Positions 1 through 10,900 of a stretch of DNA of 64,000 nt are shown here, one piece after another. Every line of letters starts with the position of its first letter. Within the stretch, counting starts at the first letter, position 1. Under the pieces are notes generated by a model. That model ran no database searches and had not been told where the DNA came from. It worked only from the letters and a program-made list of their open reading frames with translations. Both the position numbers and the translations under genes were made by a program. Origin of the DNA: Akkermansiaceae bacterium (lineage in GTDB: Bacteria; Verrucomicrobiota; Verrucomicrobiia; Verrucomicrobiales; Akkermansiaceae); NCBI GenBank assembly GCA_015061985.1, contig SUVN01000003.1, positions 41,024-105,023 of the forward strand. Direction: 5' to 3'.

Positions 1-672
1 AGCGAGCGGAGCTTCCGGCTGCTTGTACCGGAACTGAACGTGGATGCCGGCAGCGTCAACATCATCATCGGTCGCAGCGGGTGCGGCAAATCCACCCTGC
101 TGGACATGCTGGGCATCATCTCCCGCCCGGATTCGGCACACTCCTACCGCATCCGCCGCAACCCGTGTCAGTGGTTTGATGCCCTGCATGCCACCGCGCG
201 GGAGGCAGAACACCTGCGCCGCACACAGCTGGGCTACATCCTGCAGACGGGAGGGCTTCTCCCCTTTCTGAACGTAGAGGATAACGTCTCTCTGCCCCGG
301 TGGCTCTGCGGCAGCCCCCGGGACGGCATCCGCGAGCTGATGGAGAGGCTGGAAATCGCCGGGCTGAGCCGCCAGTACCCGGCACAGCTGAGCACCGGGC
401 AGCGGCAGCGCGTCGCCATTGCCCGGGCTCTGGCTGCGGGGCCCCGCATTGTGCTGGCAGATGAACCGACCGGAGCGCTGGATCCGGAATCTGCCGGCAT
501 TGTCAGGGAGCTGTTGCTGGAGAGTGCGCGGGAAAGCAACGTGGCGGTTCTCATCGTCACGCATGATGCAGAATTGTTCCGCAACGCCGCTGACCGCATA
601 TACGGATTTGATATCAGGGTGGAAGGCACCTGCGTCACCTCCACCCTCCGCCGCGAAAGCATCACTCTATGA
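1..672 (+). CDS. ABC transporter ATP-binding protein, MacB/LolD-like (5' end cut by window edge)
   Basis: The reading frame is open from nt 1. Motifs: Walker A GRSGCGKST; LLPFLNVEDNVSLP (typical of the MacB/LolD group); ABC signature LSTGQRQRVAIARAL; Walker B IVLADEPTGALD; H-loop VTHD. The stop overlaps the next start in ATGA (669-672). Confidence 0.9.
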   Translation, partial: SERSFRLLVPELNVDAGSVNIIIGRSGCGKSTLLDMLGIISRPDSAHSYRIRRNPCQWFDALHATAREAEHLRRTQLGYILQTGGLLPFLNVEDNVSLPRWLCGSPRDGIRELMERLEIAGLSRQYPAQLSTGQRQRVAIARALAAGPRIVLADEPTGALDPESAGIVRELLLESARESNVAVLIVTHDAELFRNAADRIYGFDIRVEGTCVTSTLRRESITL

Positions 673-2426
673 GTCTTTGTCTGGTACTGAAACTGGTCCG
701 GCAACAGCTGCGGCATGAATGGCTCGCCGCAGCCTGTCTCTGCATCGCCATGGCCGCAGCCCTGGTACCGGTGCTGATGATACTGGGGCTGAAGGAAGGC
801 ACCGTGCAGACCATGCGGCAGCGTCTGGCGGCAGATCCCGCCAATCTGGAAGTCCGCATGCCGATTTCCACCCACATCAGCTCTCAGGAGGTGGAGAGTA
901 TCAGCGCACTGCCCGGGGCAGGATTCTGCATTCCGTCCACACGCATTCTGGCCACCTCTGCCCATCTGGTCACGCCCGGCGGCAGTGAGGAGGTCAACCT
1001 CATTCCCACCGGGGCGGGTGACCCACTGCTGGCGCGGCATTCTCTCCCCATTCCGGGAGCCGGTGAAATTGTCCTAGGCTCCGCCACTGCAGAAAAGCTC
1101 GCTCTGAAGGTAGGTGGGGAGATGCGGCTGCGGCGCGGACGCATGGAAAGCGGGCGCACCCACTACTCTGAGCTTCCCTGCCGGGTCATCGGCATCCTGC
1201 CGGACAGCAGCGGGGTCGGCGCTCAGGTCTTCGTGCCGCTCTCACTCGTCATCGCCGTGGAAGAATATGCCGAGGGGGCTCGGCAATCACTCTCTGCAGA
1301 GGGAGAGCGTGGACTCACGCCCCCGGCCCCGGTCTACCACGGCATGTGGCTCAACAAACCGGCGCTGAAAGACAGCACACCGGATTACGTCTGGAACCGC
1401 GCCTGCCCCTTCATGGAACAGCGCCCCGCCACAGAGGACGAAATCCGCCGCAGCCTCGCGCCGCAGGGGGCAGTCCTCTTCTTCAACACCGCCCAGCACA
1501 AATCGGCGGATAAACTCCGCCGCGCCTACCAATTGGCCGCACAGAACCGGGCAGAGTTCAGCCTGTGGAATCCCCCCGTCACCGCCACCCGGCAGACAAA
1601 TGAAAACACCGCAGATTTCACCATAGACTGCCTCCCCGAACCGCTCAACCTCCACGCTGCCGCCCCGGCACTGCAAATACGCTGCGGCAATGCCGCCGAT
1701 GCCGGCACCCACACCCTGCTGCTGGCAGGCGGGAAAGGAAGCGTGCGCGTGGAAGCAGTGACAGACACCACTCTGCCGCCCGGCGCCTGGGCAGCCCCCG
1801 CCTCTGTGCTGGGTGTACTGCACGCCATCATCCAACGCGGGCTTTTCTGGAGCGAGGAACAGGGCGGCCTGACACAGCCGCACCGCTCCTTCTCCCGCGT
1901 CCGACTCTACGCCCGCGGGCTGGATGATGTGGAGCCGCTGGTACAGCAGCTCACCACCCGCGGCTACCACGCAGAGGGCAACATTGCCGGCATACGCCGT
2001 GTGCAGGAGCTCAACGCACGGCTGGAGGTACTCTTCACCCTGCTGGCCGGCATCTGCGTGGCAGGGGCCGCCGGTTCCCTGGCACTCAACCTCTTCAACG
2101 GGGCGCTCAAGCGCCGCCGCGACTACGCCATCCTGTCCACACTCGGGTTCTCCCGCATTACCCTCACCTGCTTTCCCATCTGTGAGTCTCTCATACTCAC
2201 CCTGAGCTCCATTCTGCTCAGCTTCACGCTCTTTCACGGACTGGCACACACCATCAGCGTGCTCTTTGCGGCAGAAATAGAGACAGGCGAAAACCTCTGC
2301 TACCTCTCCCCGGCAAACCACTTCCTGATACTGGCCTGCGGCATCGGCATTGCTCTGCCCGCAGCCATCTGCGCGGCCGTCACCGTCCTGCGCACCCAGC
2401 CCTCTACCGCTATCCGCGACATGTAA
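669..2426 (+). CDS. ABC transporter permease, FtsX/MacB-type with a very large extracytoplasmic domain
   Basis: One N-terminal TM helix (LAAACLCIAMAAALVPVLMILGL) is followed by a ~400-aa non-membrane segment. Three C-terminal TM helices then follow, preceded by RRRDYAILSTLGFSR, giving the 1+3 TM FtsX-domain topology. Translationally coupled to the upstream ATPase. Confidence 0.8.
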   Translation: MSLCLVLKLVRQQLRHEWLAAACLCIAMAAALVPVLMILGLKEGTVQTMRQRLAADPANLEVRMPISTHISSQEVESISALPGAGFCIPSTRILATSAHLVTPGGSEEVNLIPTGAGDPLLARHSLPIPGAGEIVLGSATAEKLALKVGGEMRLRRGRMESGRTHYSELPCRVIGILPDSSGVGAQVFVPLSLVIAVEEYAEGARQSLSAEGERGLTPPAPVYHGMWLNKPALKDSTPDYVWNRACPFMEQRPATEDEIRRSLAPQGAVLFFNTAQHKSADKLRRAYQLAAQNRAEFSLWNPPVTATRQTNENTADFTIDCLPEPLNLHAAAPALQIRCGNAADAGTHTLLLAGGKGSVRVEAVTDTTLPPGAWAAPASVLGVLHAIIQRGLFWSEEQGGLTQPHRSFSRVRLYARGLDDVEPLVQQLTTRGYHAEGNIAGIRRVQELNARLEVLFTLLAGICVAGAAGSLALNLFNGALKRRRDYAILSTLGFSRITLTCFPICESLILTLSSILLSFTLFHGLAHTISVLFAAEIETGENLCYLSPANHFLILACGIGIALPAAICAAVTVLRTQPSTAIRDM

Positions 2427-2449
2427 TTCAACCCACACTCCTCCCCACC

Positions 2450-4033
2450 ATGACTAAAGCCTCCCTTCTTGCGCTCTCTCTGCTTGTCTGCTCTGCCGCC
2501 GCACAGGACGGCACACCCGCCGCACCGCCCATGGAGCTCCTGCTGCCGCAGGGGCAGAAAATGGTCTTCATCCCCGTAGAGATTTCTGATAACCCGAACA
2601 TCTTTGCCTACCGCAGCTTCAATGCCGGCAGCGGTGACTACACCAACGAACCCGTCACCCGCGTCAACCTGGCCGGCACCGCCTTCAACGGCAAAAAATG
2701 GTACATCCCCTTCTGCGAGACAGAGGTCACCCGCGCCCAGTACGCCGCCGTCATGAGCGAACCCATGCCCCCGGAAAAAGAAGCCAACCTGCCCAAGGTC
2801 AACATCTCCGTGACCGATGCGCAGAACTTCCTCACCCGCCTCAACAAACTCATGGCCGGCAGTGAGGAGTTCGCCGGCGCCCTCATCCCCTACCGCAATG
2901 AAAAGACCCACTCTTTCTTCTTCCGGCTTCCCTCCCCCGTGGAGTGGGAATTCGCCGCCCGCGGCGGGGTGAATGTGGATGAAGGCACCTTTGACGCCGC
3001 CACCCCCTACCCCTCCAATGCCATCTCCCGCTACGAGGTCACCTTCACCGGCTCTCGCCACGTGGCCGCTCGCCCCGTCAAAGGCAGCCGCAAGCCCAAC
3101 CCCGTCGGCCTCTACGACATGCTCGGCAACGTCTCTGAGCTGGCCAGCCCCATCTACTACTTCGACAGCAGCCTCGGCCGCTCCGGCGGCATCCTCACCT
3201 GCGGCGGCAACTTCCGCACAGAAAAAGCCACCCTCCACTCCTCTGACCGCTCGGAGTGCGTCCCCTACCGCGAAGACGGCTCCGAGTTCCGCAGCGAGCT
3301 GGTTGGCTTCCGTCCCGTGCTCGGCTCCGTCATCCGCCACCGCGAAATGTCCATGCAGGCCTTCTCCGACCAGTGGAAGGAATACGAGGAACTCCGCACC
3401 CCGCCGCCCCCCGTAGAGGCTGCCGGCGCTACCACAGAGGTCTGCCTGGAAGACCTGGCGCAGCAGGCTGAGGCGGAAAATGCCTGCCTCCGCAGCCGCG
3501 TGGAAGAGCTGGAAGCCGCCGCCCTCACCGCAGACACGGAAATGAAAGACAAGCTCGCCGCCATCCGCAAGCAGAGCACCGTGGTGGAAGCACAGCTCAA
3601 GCAATCACTCGCCCTTGTCCGCAAGAGCGAACAACTCAAGGCAGATGCCGCCCTCACCATGCTCAGCACCTCTGCCGCACACCTCTCCTACTACCTCAAA
3701 GCAGAGGCAGACCTCACCTCCCTTCTGGAACGCGAGGATACGGATGATGCCGCACGCGCCCTCATCCAACCCAAGCTGGAGCAATTCCGCTCCAACATCG
3801 CCGGTGCACGTCTCCACCTCTTCAAAGGCTGCAAACTCCTGGCAGATGTCCCCGCCGATATCGCGGATGCAGAGCTGAACCGCCACCTCTCCGAGCTCGC
3901 CGCCAAAGAACCCCGCCAGCAAGCAGCCCTCCGCCACGCCGCCGACTTCTTCTCCCAATACCGCGCCGCCGCCCAATTCCCGGATCCCTCGCAGCTCCTG
4001 CTCAACCTCCGCAACCTCTCCCCTGCCCAATAA
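2450..4033 (+). CDS. Exported FGE/SUMF1-fold (formylglycine-generating enzyme family) domain protein with a long C-terminal coiled coil
   Basis: Signal peptide MTKASLLALSLLVCSAAAQ. Family motifs: RLPSPVEWEFAARGG, NPVGLYDMLGNVSELA, CGGNFR, VGFRPVLG. The C-terminal ~200 aa is heptad-like and rich in E, A, L and K. Confidence 0.8.
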   Translation: MTKASLLALSLLVCSAAAQDGTPAAPPMELLLPQGQKMVFIPVEISDNPNIFAYRSFNAGSGDYTNEPVTRVNLAGTAFNGKKWYIPFCETEVTRAQYAAVMSEPMPPEKEANLPKVNISVTDAQNFLTRLNKLMAGSEEFAGALIPYRNEKTHSFFFRLPSPVEWEFAARGGVNVDEGTFDAATPYPSNAISRYEVTFTGSRHVAARPVKGSRKPNPVGLYDMLGNVSELASPIYYFDSSLGRSGGILTCGGNFRTEKATLHSSDRSECVPYREDGSEFRSELVGFRPVLGSVIRHREMSMQAFSDQWKEYEELRTPPPPVEAAGATTEVCLEDLAQQAEAENACLRSRVEELEAAALTADTEMKDKLAAIRKQSTVVEAQLKQSLALVRKSEQLKADAALTMLSTSAAHLSYYLKAEADLTSLLEREDTDDAARALIQPKLEQFRSNIAGARLHLFKGCKLLADVPADIADAELNRHLSELAAKEPRQQAALRHAADFFSQYRAAAQFPDPSQLLLNLRNLSPAQ

Positions 4034-4063
4034 TCTCCCCATCCCCTCTCCCACCCATCCGCC

Positions 4064-5413
4064 ATGAAAGCTCTCTCCTTCCTCCTCCCCGCTCTCTGGG
4101 CGCTCTGCTCCCTCACACAACCGGTGTCGGCTCAAAGCAATAGCACCCCCAGCACAGGGATTCTTACGGAAGATGAATATCATCAGAATAAAAAAAATAA
4201 AAGACTTGCTGCCTTACAGTTTAATGTCAACTTAAATGCTTGGAAGGCTATAATCGGCAAAAGCACAGATAACTCAATTACAACAATAACACAAACAGAT
4301 GCAAACCAGTATCTGAAAGATGAATTATTTAACAACGGCTTGCTGGATGATGTAAAAAATTTACGTTGTTGGCATAAAGACAAAGACACTTGGGATACCA
4401 TCCTGAGTAACAGAGCAATTATTCTGCGCACAACAGGTTCAGATCCTAACAACCCAAGCTTTGTCGCTGCATCAACATGTGACCGCATAAAAAAAACCTT
4501 TTTAGACTGTTTAGCTAATCAGAATCCCTTCAAAAATGAAGACATAGATTTTAATCAAATTTTAACCGTCAATGTGACCAAAATGGCACAAAAAAAGCGC
4601 GGGTGTTTTAATATTGGCAACAATCAGGATGGCGGTCTCAAATCTTCTGATGCCAGTCTTCGAACAACCCTTGTGCACGAAATGGGGCATCAGTATGTTT
4701 TAGCTAACTATCCGGATTTGCATAGGCATCATAGTGATCCAAACCAAAGCGACCCGAAACTCGTAGATAAACTGGTCATAATGTGCCAGGAAGCGTTTGC
4801 CGTCTATACTGAATACAGATACTTGCAGCAATTGGCAAAAAAAGGAGAAATAGCAAACTTCAACTTTAAGGATTTTTTGGATGACGCCTATTCAAATGCC
4901 AAAGCAGTTAAAGCAGGAAATAAATACACATCACTATATGGTGTAGACCTGGCTTACATGTATTATTTCCTGTGCGGATTGGATTGGGATGGGGAACCGG
5001 ACGAATCGGGCTGTCCGCCACTATACTACTTGAAACTTGAAAAAATTGCAAATCTGTGCAATAAAATAAGAAATAATAATTTAGATATTTCTGACATAGT
5101 AGACATCAAGATTAAGGATTTTCCTTTACCGATTGAACTATTAAAAGATTACATGCCGGATAAGACAAAAAAAAAGTTAAAGATTACGTCTACCTTATCC
5201 CGCACTAACCGCATTTTACAATTAAACAATCAATTGGCGGCCAAGTACAAAATTGATGATTTTGCAGATTTACAAACCATTGCCGCAAAAACGCCAACAA
5301 ATAAGACAGTTGACCAGTATCGAGCAGAATATAAAAAAGTCAGTCCCGACATACGCAAGCAAACATTTCAGGTGATGCTGGAGTACTTATCCGCCAATCA
5401 GTATATGAAATAA
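4064..5413 (+). CDS. Exported hypothetical protein with a HEXXH motif (putative zinc metallopeptidase), AT-rich body
   Basis: Signal peptide MKALSFLLPALWALCSLTQPVSAQ. Single zinc-binding-type motif TLVHEMGHQY. The rest of the protein matches no family I recognise. Coding G+C falls abruptly after ~nt 4165. Confidence 0.55.
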   Translation: MKALSFLLPALWALCSLTQPVSAQSNSTPSTGILTEDEYHQNKKNKRLAALQFNVNLNAWKAIIGKSTDNSITTITQTDANQYLKDELFNNGLLDDVKNLRCWHKDKDTWDTILSNRAIILRTTGSDPNNPSFVAASTCDRIKKTFLDCLANQNPFKNEDIDFNQILTVNVTKMAQKKRGCFNIGNNQDGGLKSSDASLRTTLVHEMGHQYVLANYPDLHRHHSDPNQSDPKLVDKLVIMCQEAFAVYTEYRYLQQLAKKGEIANFNFKDFLDDAYSNAKAVKAGNKYTSLYGVDLAYMYYFLCGLDWDGEPDESGCPPLYYLKLEKIANLCNKIRNNNLDISDIVDIKIKDFPLPIELLKDYMPDKTKKKLKITSTLSRTNRILQLNNQLAAKYKIDDFADLQTIAAKTPTNKTVDQYRAEYKKVSPDIRKQTFQVMLEYLSANQYMK

Positions 5414-5448
5414 CGAACGGGCAATAAGGGCAAAACATATTCTCGGCC

Positions 5449-7071
5449 ATGAAAACATTTATCAGAAGCATCATGATAGCCGTCTGCGGGCTAACAGCCG
5501 GCATCACAGAAAATGCAAGCGGACAGGTACAGCTGTACCCATCACAATTTGCGGAGCTGAATGCAGAAAGTTTCCTGCGATGGACGCATGGGAAGGTGGC
5601 TTCGGAACTGGCGGCCATGTATGATGGGCTGGAAAAGATATGGGAAGATCCGCAATTGGGCTACAATCTGAAGCAGATGCTGGTAAACACGAAATGGCAA
5701 TGGAAAAGTGCCGCAGCTTTCAATCAAAAGCTTTTTGCTCCGGGCAGATCTTTTTGCTATGTGTATCCGCAGGAATATGCAGTGCATGCCGCCAACAGGG
5801 AAGCACTGGAAGCGCTGCTGAAGCTCCCGGAGGGAGAGAAAATAAACCGCGAGACCTCCGCATTGCTCAGCGAAATATGCCGAGCCAACGGGGAATATGT
5901 CATCTGTCATTTGTTCGGGGATTTCAGACAATACTGGAGTGAAGAAGAACGGGAGAAGAGAGGGAAGCAGGAGACGGAACACCACTTGTACGATGCGGCG
6001 GGGCGGGTCAACCCGGTGGCGCTCTACGGCTTATACACGGAACACATGATGCTGCGGCGGGTCGGGCAGGAATCCCGGGGATTCCATGAATGGGTGAAAA
6101 CCCGGGCTGACCGGGACGGCGAGTTCCAAAAGCTGGCGGATGAAGCAGTCGCCTACTACCCGCAGGAGGAAGAAGCTCTCATGAAAATGCTGTCGATGGA
6201 AGCCTCATGGTCTGCCATCTGGTGCATGGCACGGGATGGCATCATGGCGGGGCTGAAAAAAGAGAGCCGCGGCAGCAACAAGCTCAACCGAGTCAACAAA
6301 CACATCAGGCAGTTGAATTTCGAGCAGCTGCCGAAACCGCAGGCGGACTATATTCAGGCCAAATATGACATGAGCAAGGTGGCGGAGGGGTTGGAGATTC
6401 CGTCAGACAAGCAGGATGTCGTGCAGCGGCTGGCGGGAAAAATCACCCCTCCGGCCAATGCAACGGCGCAGCGCGCCAACCGCGCCGAGCTGGAGAGACA
6501 GAAGAGATTGCTCTACATTTGCGATATTTATCGGCAGTTCCTTGAGATAAAAGACGATGTGGAGGCGTGGCGGTTAAATCAGGATCCGGATACATACGAA
6601 TACCATACCGATGAGCGCACCCGCAAGCTGATTAATGCAACCTATTTTGAAATGCTCTTAATCATGACGGAACAGGGGGAGGAGTACATAGATCTTGCTT
6701 CCAAAATCACCAATCAGGCAACAGGTGAGACACTGACCGGAGAGCTGAGCGAAATTGCCAAAGCCATGAATACCACCGGGTTCTTCATTAAAATGCTGGT
6801 TCATACATTCCACGACATTTTAATAACGGATAAAGCTGACCCGAAATTGGTAGCCGAAAATCGGGATCTGGTATTGCGCACCATGAAAGTAGGTATCACC
6901 CTGGAGCAAATACGCCAGAGATTTGTACAACATAATTATTACAATTCTGAACGATTGCGGTACATGTACTTTGTTGATCACAAGCTCAGGGAAAACTGGG
7001 ATGTCCTTTCCCTGTACGCTATAGGTGCCGCCATTGAGGCAGCCAGACAAGAAGGCATGCGTCATTACTAA
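5449..7071 (+). CDS. Exported hypothetical protein (540 aa)
   Basis: Long uninterrupted ORF with signal peptide MKTFIRSIMIAVCGLTAGITENASG. It starts 35 nt after the previous stop, on the same strand. No motif recognised. Confidence 0.65.
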   Translation: MKTFIRSIMIAVCGLTAGITENASGQVQLYPSQFAELNAESFLRWTHGKVASELAAMYDGLEKIWEDPQLGYNLKQMLVNTKWQWKSAAAFNQKLFAPGRSFCYVYPQEYAVHAANREALEALLKLPEGEKINRETSALLSEICRANGEYVICHLFGDFRQYWSEEEREKRGKQETEHHLYDAAGRVNPVALYGLYTEHMMLRRVGQESRGFHEWVKTRADRDGEFQKLADEAVAYYPQEEEALMKMLSMEASWSAIWCMARDGIMAGLKKESRGSNKLNRVNKHIRQLNFEQLPKPQADYIQAKYDMSKVAEGLEIPSDKQDVVQRLAGKITPPANATAQRANRAELERQKRLLYICDIYRQFLEIKDDVEAWRLNQDPDTYEYHTDERTRKLINATYFEMLLIMTEQGEEYIDLASKITNQATGETLTGELSEIAKAMNTTGFFIKMLVHTFHDILITDKADPKLVAENRDLVLRTMKVGITLEQIRQRFVQHNYYNSERLRYMYFVDHKLRENWDVLSLYAIGAAIEAARQEGMRHY

Positions 7072-7097
7072 CCATTTATCCTGAATACACAAACAAC

Positions 7098-7943
7098 ATG
7101 AACAATCTGTACAAAATAACATTCGCAGTACTGCCGGCGGTGGTTGGTCTGCCGCTGACAGCGGAAGCCGCACCCACGGAAGCCGAGAAGAAAGAGATTG
7201 ATGCCGCCAAACAGAGGGATGATGCCCTCCTGCCGGTTGCCAAGGAACGCATCACCCGTGTGCTGATGGATGCCGGCGTCATCAGCCCCGAACGCGGGCA
7301 GGCCATCATTGATGCCCCGGTAGAAAACTCCGGGCGGAGCAATATACGCGTCCGCTATGAAGAGGAGCTGAAGTTCCTGACCTCAGCCGCACATCTGGTG
7401 AGCCTGCGGCAGGAAAACAGTAAAAAGAAAGACCCGGACACCGCAGCTGCACTTGAATATGTGGAAGAGGTAGCCAAAGCCATCGGCACGGCGGACTTAC
7501 TGCTGCGCCTTGACAGCGACGGAAGTAATATCCGCACCATGACGGTCGACGCATGGGAGAACTGCGTACGGGTTTCCATGCTGAATCTGATGTTCAACAA
7601 GAATATCGATTACGACACGGCAGTGAGAAAATATGATGTAGCCGGGATTCTTCGGTATGCACTCTGGGACGAGCAGAAAAAGGTGTTCCGCTTCAATGGA
7701 AAACTTTTTGCTGCGGATTACGACCTGGATTCGCCGGAGGAGGAAGAGGGCTCCCCTGCCCCCACGGCGGATACTCCCATCACCTCCCCGTCTGCCGCCG
7801 GTGCTGAGCCGACGGGACAAACAACACCTCTTCGGGTTTACAACCCACCCAAAATGACAGAAGAAGAGCGGGAGAAAGCCAATTCTCACGGCATTGACGA
7901 GATTATGAAAGAGTGGAAAAAGCAGGGAATTCTCAAATTTTAA
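7098..7943 (+). CDS. Exported hypothetical protein; paralogue of the N-terminal domain of the next gene
   Basis: Signal peptide (LPAVVGLPLTAEAAP). About 190 aa align by eye with residues after the signal peptide of the 7976-11167 product, for example GVISPERGQAIIDAPVENSGRSNIRVRYE versus GVITPERGKAITEAAVKNSGKSNIRVKYE. A Pro/Ser/Thr-rich linker follows, then a short C-terminal tail. Confidence 0.7.
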   Translation: MNNLYKITFAVLPAVVGLPLTAEAAPTEAEKKEIDAAKQRDDALLPVAKERITRVLMDAGVISPERGQAIIDAPVENSGRSNIRVRYEEELKFLTSAAHLVSLRQENSKKKDPDTAAALEYVEEVAKAIGTADLLLRLDSDGSNIRTMTVDAWENCVRVSMLNLMFNKNIDYDTAVRKYDVAGILRYALWDEQKKVFRFNGKLFAADYDLDSPEEEEGSPAPTADTPITSPSAAGAEPTGQTTPLRVYNPPKMTEEEREKANSHGIDEIMKEWKKQGILKF

Positions 7944-7975
7944 CACATTTTCACCGACAACCACAAACAACTGAT

Positions 7976-10900
7976 ATGAAACCAACACTCGGAAAACTGA
8001 AATGGCTGATAGTGGCGGCGGCGTTTGCGCTACCGCTCACGGTAACGGCGGCCCCGACACAAAACGACCGGGCGGCCGAAGCCATGCTGGAAGCCGCCAA
8101 AAAGAAGGATGACACCATGCTGGCCACGTGCCGGAATCGCGTGGTCAACATGCTGGTAGAGACCGGCGTTATCACCCCCGAACGCGGCAAGGCAATCACA
8201 GAGGCCGCCGTGAAAAACTCCGGCAAGAGCAACATACGCGTGAAGTATGAGGACGGGAAACTCGTCTTTCTGACCTCTGCCGCCCACCTTGTCCGGCTGC
8301 AGCAGGAGACCAGCAAAGCGGAAAATCCGGATGCCGCCTTTGCCGAAAAGTATGTGGAGGCGGTAAGCAAGTCAATCGGCACGGCGGATATGCTGCTGCG
8401 GATGGGCGACCATTTGTCGAACATCAACAATGCAACCCTCGGCGGGTGGGAGGACTGTATCTGGATTGCCGTGCAGAACCTGATGCTGCAGAAAAACATC
8501 GACCGGGATACGGCGATGAAGACGGACAAGATCCCCTTTATCCGCAACTACATCAGCTGGGATGAGGAACTGAAGATATTCCGTCTCAAGGAAAAGGAGT
8601 TTGCCAAAGATGCCGGGCTGAATATACCGCCGGATGCCCCCCAACCCGCCCCGGGCGGTGCTGGTAAGCCGACGGGTACCGGCGCCGGAGCTACCACCCC
8701 TTCCCCGGATCCGCAGACACCGGAAACAAATCCTGACGATCCCTACGCCGACAAATTCCCCGGCATTTCACCCGAAATCCGCAAGTTCTGGTACAATCTG
8801 AAGCCGCTGGAAAACAAGGAGGACACCACGGGATTCCACAACACGGTCAAGGCCATCAGCCGCCATCTGCAACCGACCATCACCCTGACGCCGGGGAATT
8901 CCTATGAAGCTATCCCCTTTGAACAACTCACCAAAGAACAGTCCCGTGAGGGTAAGAACTGGTACCGGGGAGCCACGGCAAAAGCACGCATCAGCCCGGA
9001 ATATGTCCGCTTTTACCATGAGGTGATTGTGCCCAAATACGGTGCATTCATGAAAGCGCTGAGTACGGAAGTCGCAGTACACCGCGTCAAAGGAACGGTA
9101 AAATGCGGCCGCCGTGACAGGATTTACAGCATTAGTTACAAAACACCCAAGGATTTCAAAAATACGGGTTCGTGGCTTTCTTTCCTGACACCGGATAACC
9201 CTGAAGCTGTGTTCAGTAAAAAAGCGGGAGATACCGTCGATATGACGATGACGGTGTACTATGTGCCGGATATTTTTTCTGATTACTACACCAAACCGGG
9301 AGATTTCAAGTGTCATATCTATGCCAATCTCTACGATGCAGAAGGCAAGGCCATTGGTTTTACGCAAAATTACTTTGCCGGAAACAATTTGTTCTGGATG
9401 GAAAAAGGCTATGCAGAAGAACTCAGCTTTAGCAATATCTGTCTGAAAGATTCCGCCAAGGTTGCCGGGACGGAGTTTGATTTTATCAGCGGTGCAGAGA
9501 AAGCACGCCGAGCAAAAGCAGGCGAAAATCCGACCGCAGAACCGGCCGAGGACGGGCTCGAAATCGAACAGCCGGAAATTGCAGATGAGGGCACCTACGC
9601 CGGAATCCCCCGAAGCATGCAGGAATTCTGGGAAAATGTGGAGCTGCCGGAAAGCAAACAGGATCTGAATTGGTTCAAAAAGTTTACGGAAGATGTAGAT
9701 AAATATACGCAGCCTCAGTTTATTATCAAATACGCCAATCCTTACAAACAAGTGGCTTTTGAACGTTTGAATTCCAGCGAGGCAGAGTGCAGCCCCTACT
9801 GGTTTGCAGATGCAACGGCCACGCTCGAAATCAGTCCGGAATATGCCCGTTTCTACCACGAGGTGATTATCCCGAAATATGACGAGGTACTTTCCTTCTT
9901 CGCAACAAACAGATATGAAAGCCAAGCACAGGGAAAACTGAATGACGGCAAGTTGCAGTTCGACTTTGCCGATAGATACAAAGGCTTCTGGCTTTACCTC
10001 GCTGATGTGGATGATCCGGAAGCGCTCTTAAAGGCGAACGCGGGTGATATGGTAAAGGTCAACATAACAACCTACATCCTCCCCGAAGCATTCCGCTCAT
10101 CCTTCCAGAGTTCCGGCAGCAAAAGTATCGAGTGCTATGCCCATGCGGTAGATATTTCCGGGCAGAAGATTCGCACTTCCCGCGAAGGGTTCTATGCGCA
10201 CTGGGAGTGGCTCATCAAAAAGATACGAGTGCGTCTCAACTTTGACGCCTTCTACATCGTGAAGACGGAAAGCGGAGAACCGCAACAGGAATATGCCAAG
10301 ACAATAGTCACGCTGCGGGATGAGTATGACACCTTCGGTCAACCGCGCCCGGAGCCGTCTGCCCCGATTTCGGAGAAAGCCGGGTATCTTGGCGAAATTA
10401 TCGGAGGCATCTTTGTCAGTCTCTGGTTCCTGAGTATCCCCTACATGGTCTGGATTCTGTACTGTGAAAAGAAACGCGCATGGAAAATGCTGGAGCTGCC
10501 GGAGGATTACACGGCACCGGAAAGCCCAGTGTTCGAAATAGAGGGCTTGCGGAGCGAGTTTGACGCCATCCGCGACATCTGGTTCAACCTGGAGACCTCA
10601 GAAATAGAGGGTGAATTGTACTACCGCTTCATTCAGAAGAAAGAAATAGACGCATGCTACAAGGCGCTGGAGCCATTCAAGAGCATGACGGATCTGAGCA
10701 ATGATGAAAAATATGTGCTCAATGAAGTGGGCGCGGCTCTGAACAATGCGCAGAAACGCGTGCTGGGCTGCGGGATGAAGCAGTTTGTCATCATCTGTCT
10801 TCTCTGTGGTGTCGCCGGGCTTATGACCATGTTCATGACCTGGATTATACCGTTTGTGTATTATTTGTCCATGAAGACACCGGTGTATAAGGCGGCCAAT

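Noticed and set aside
7913-7975. A longer N-terminal extension (MEKAGNSQILTHFHRQPQTTD) of the large protein, starting at 7913.
   Set aside because: It overlaps the last 31 nt of the upstream gene and precedes a canonical signal peptide that begins at the ATG at 7976. The shorter start is more plausible.
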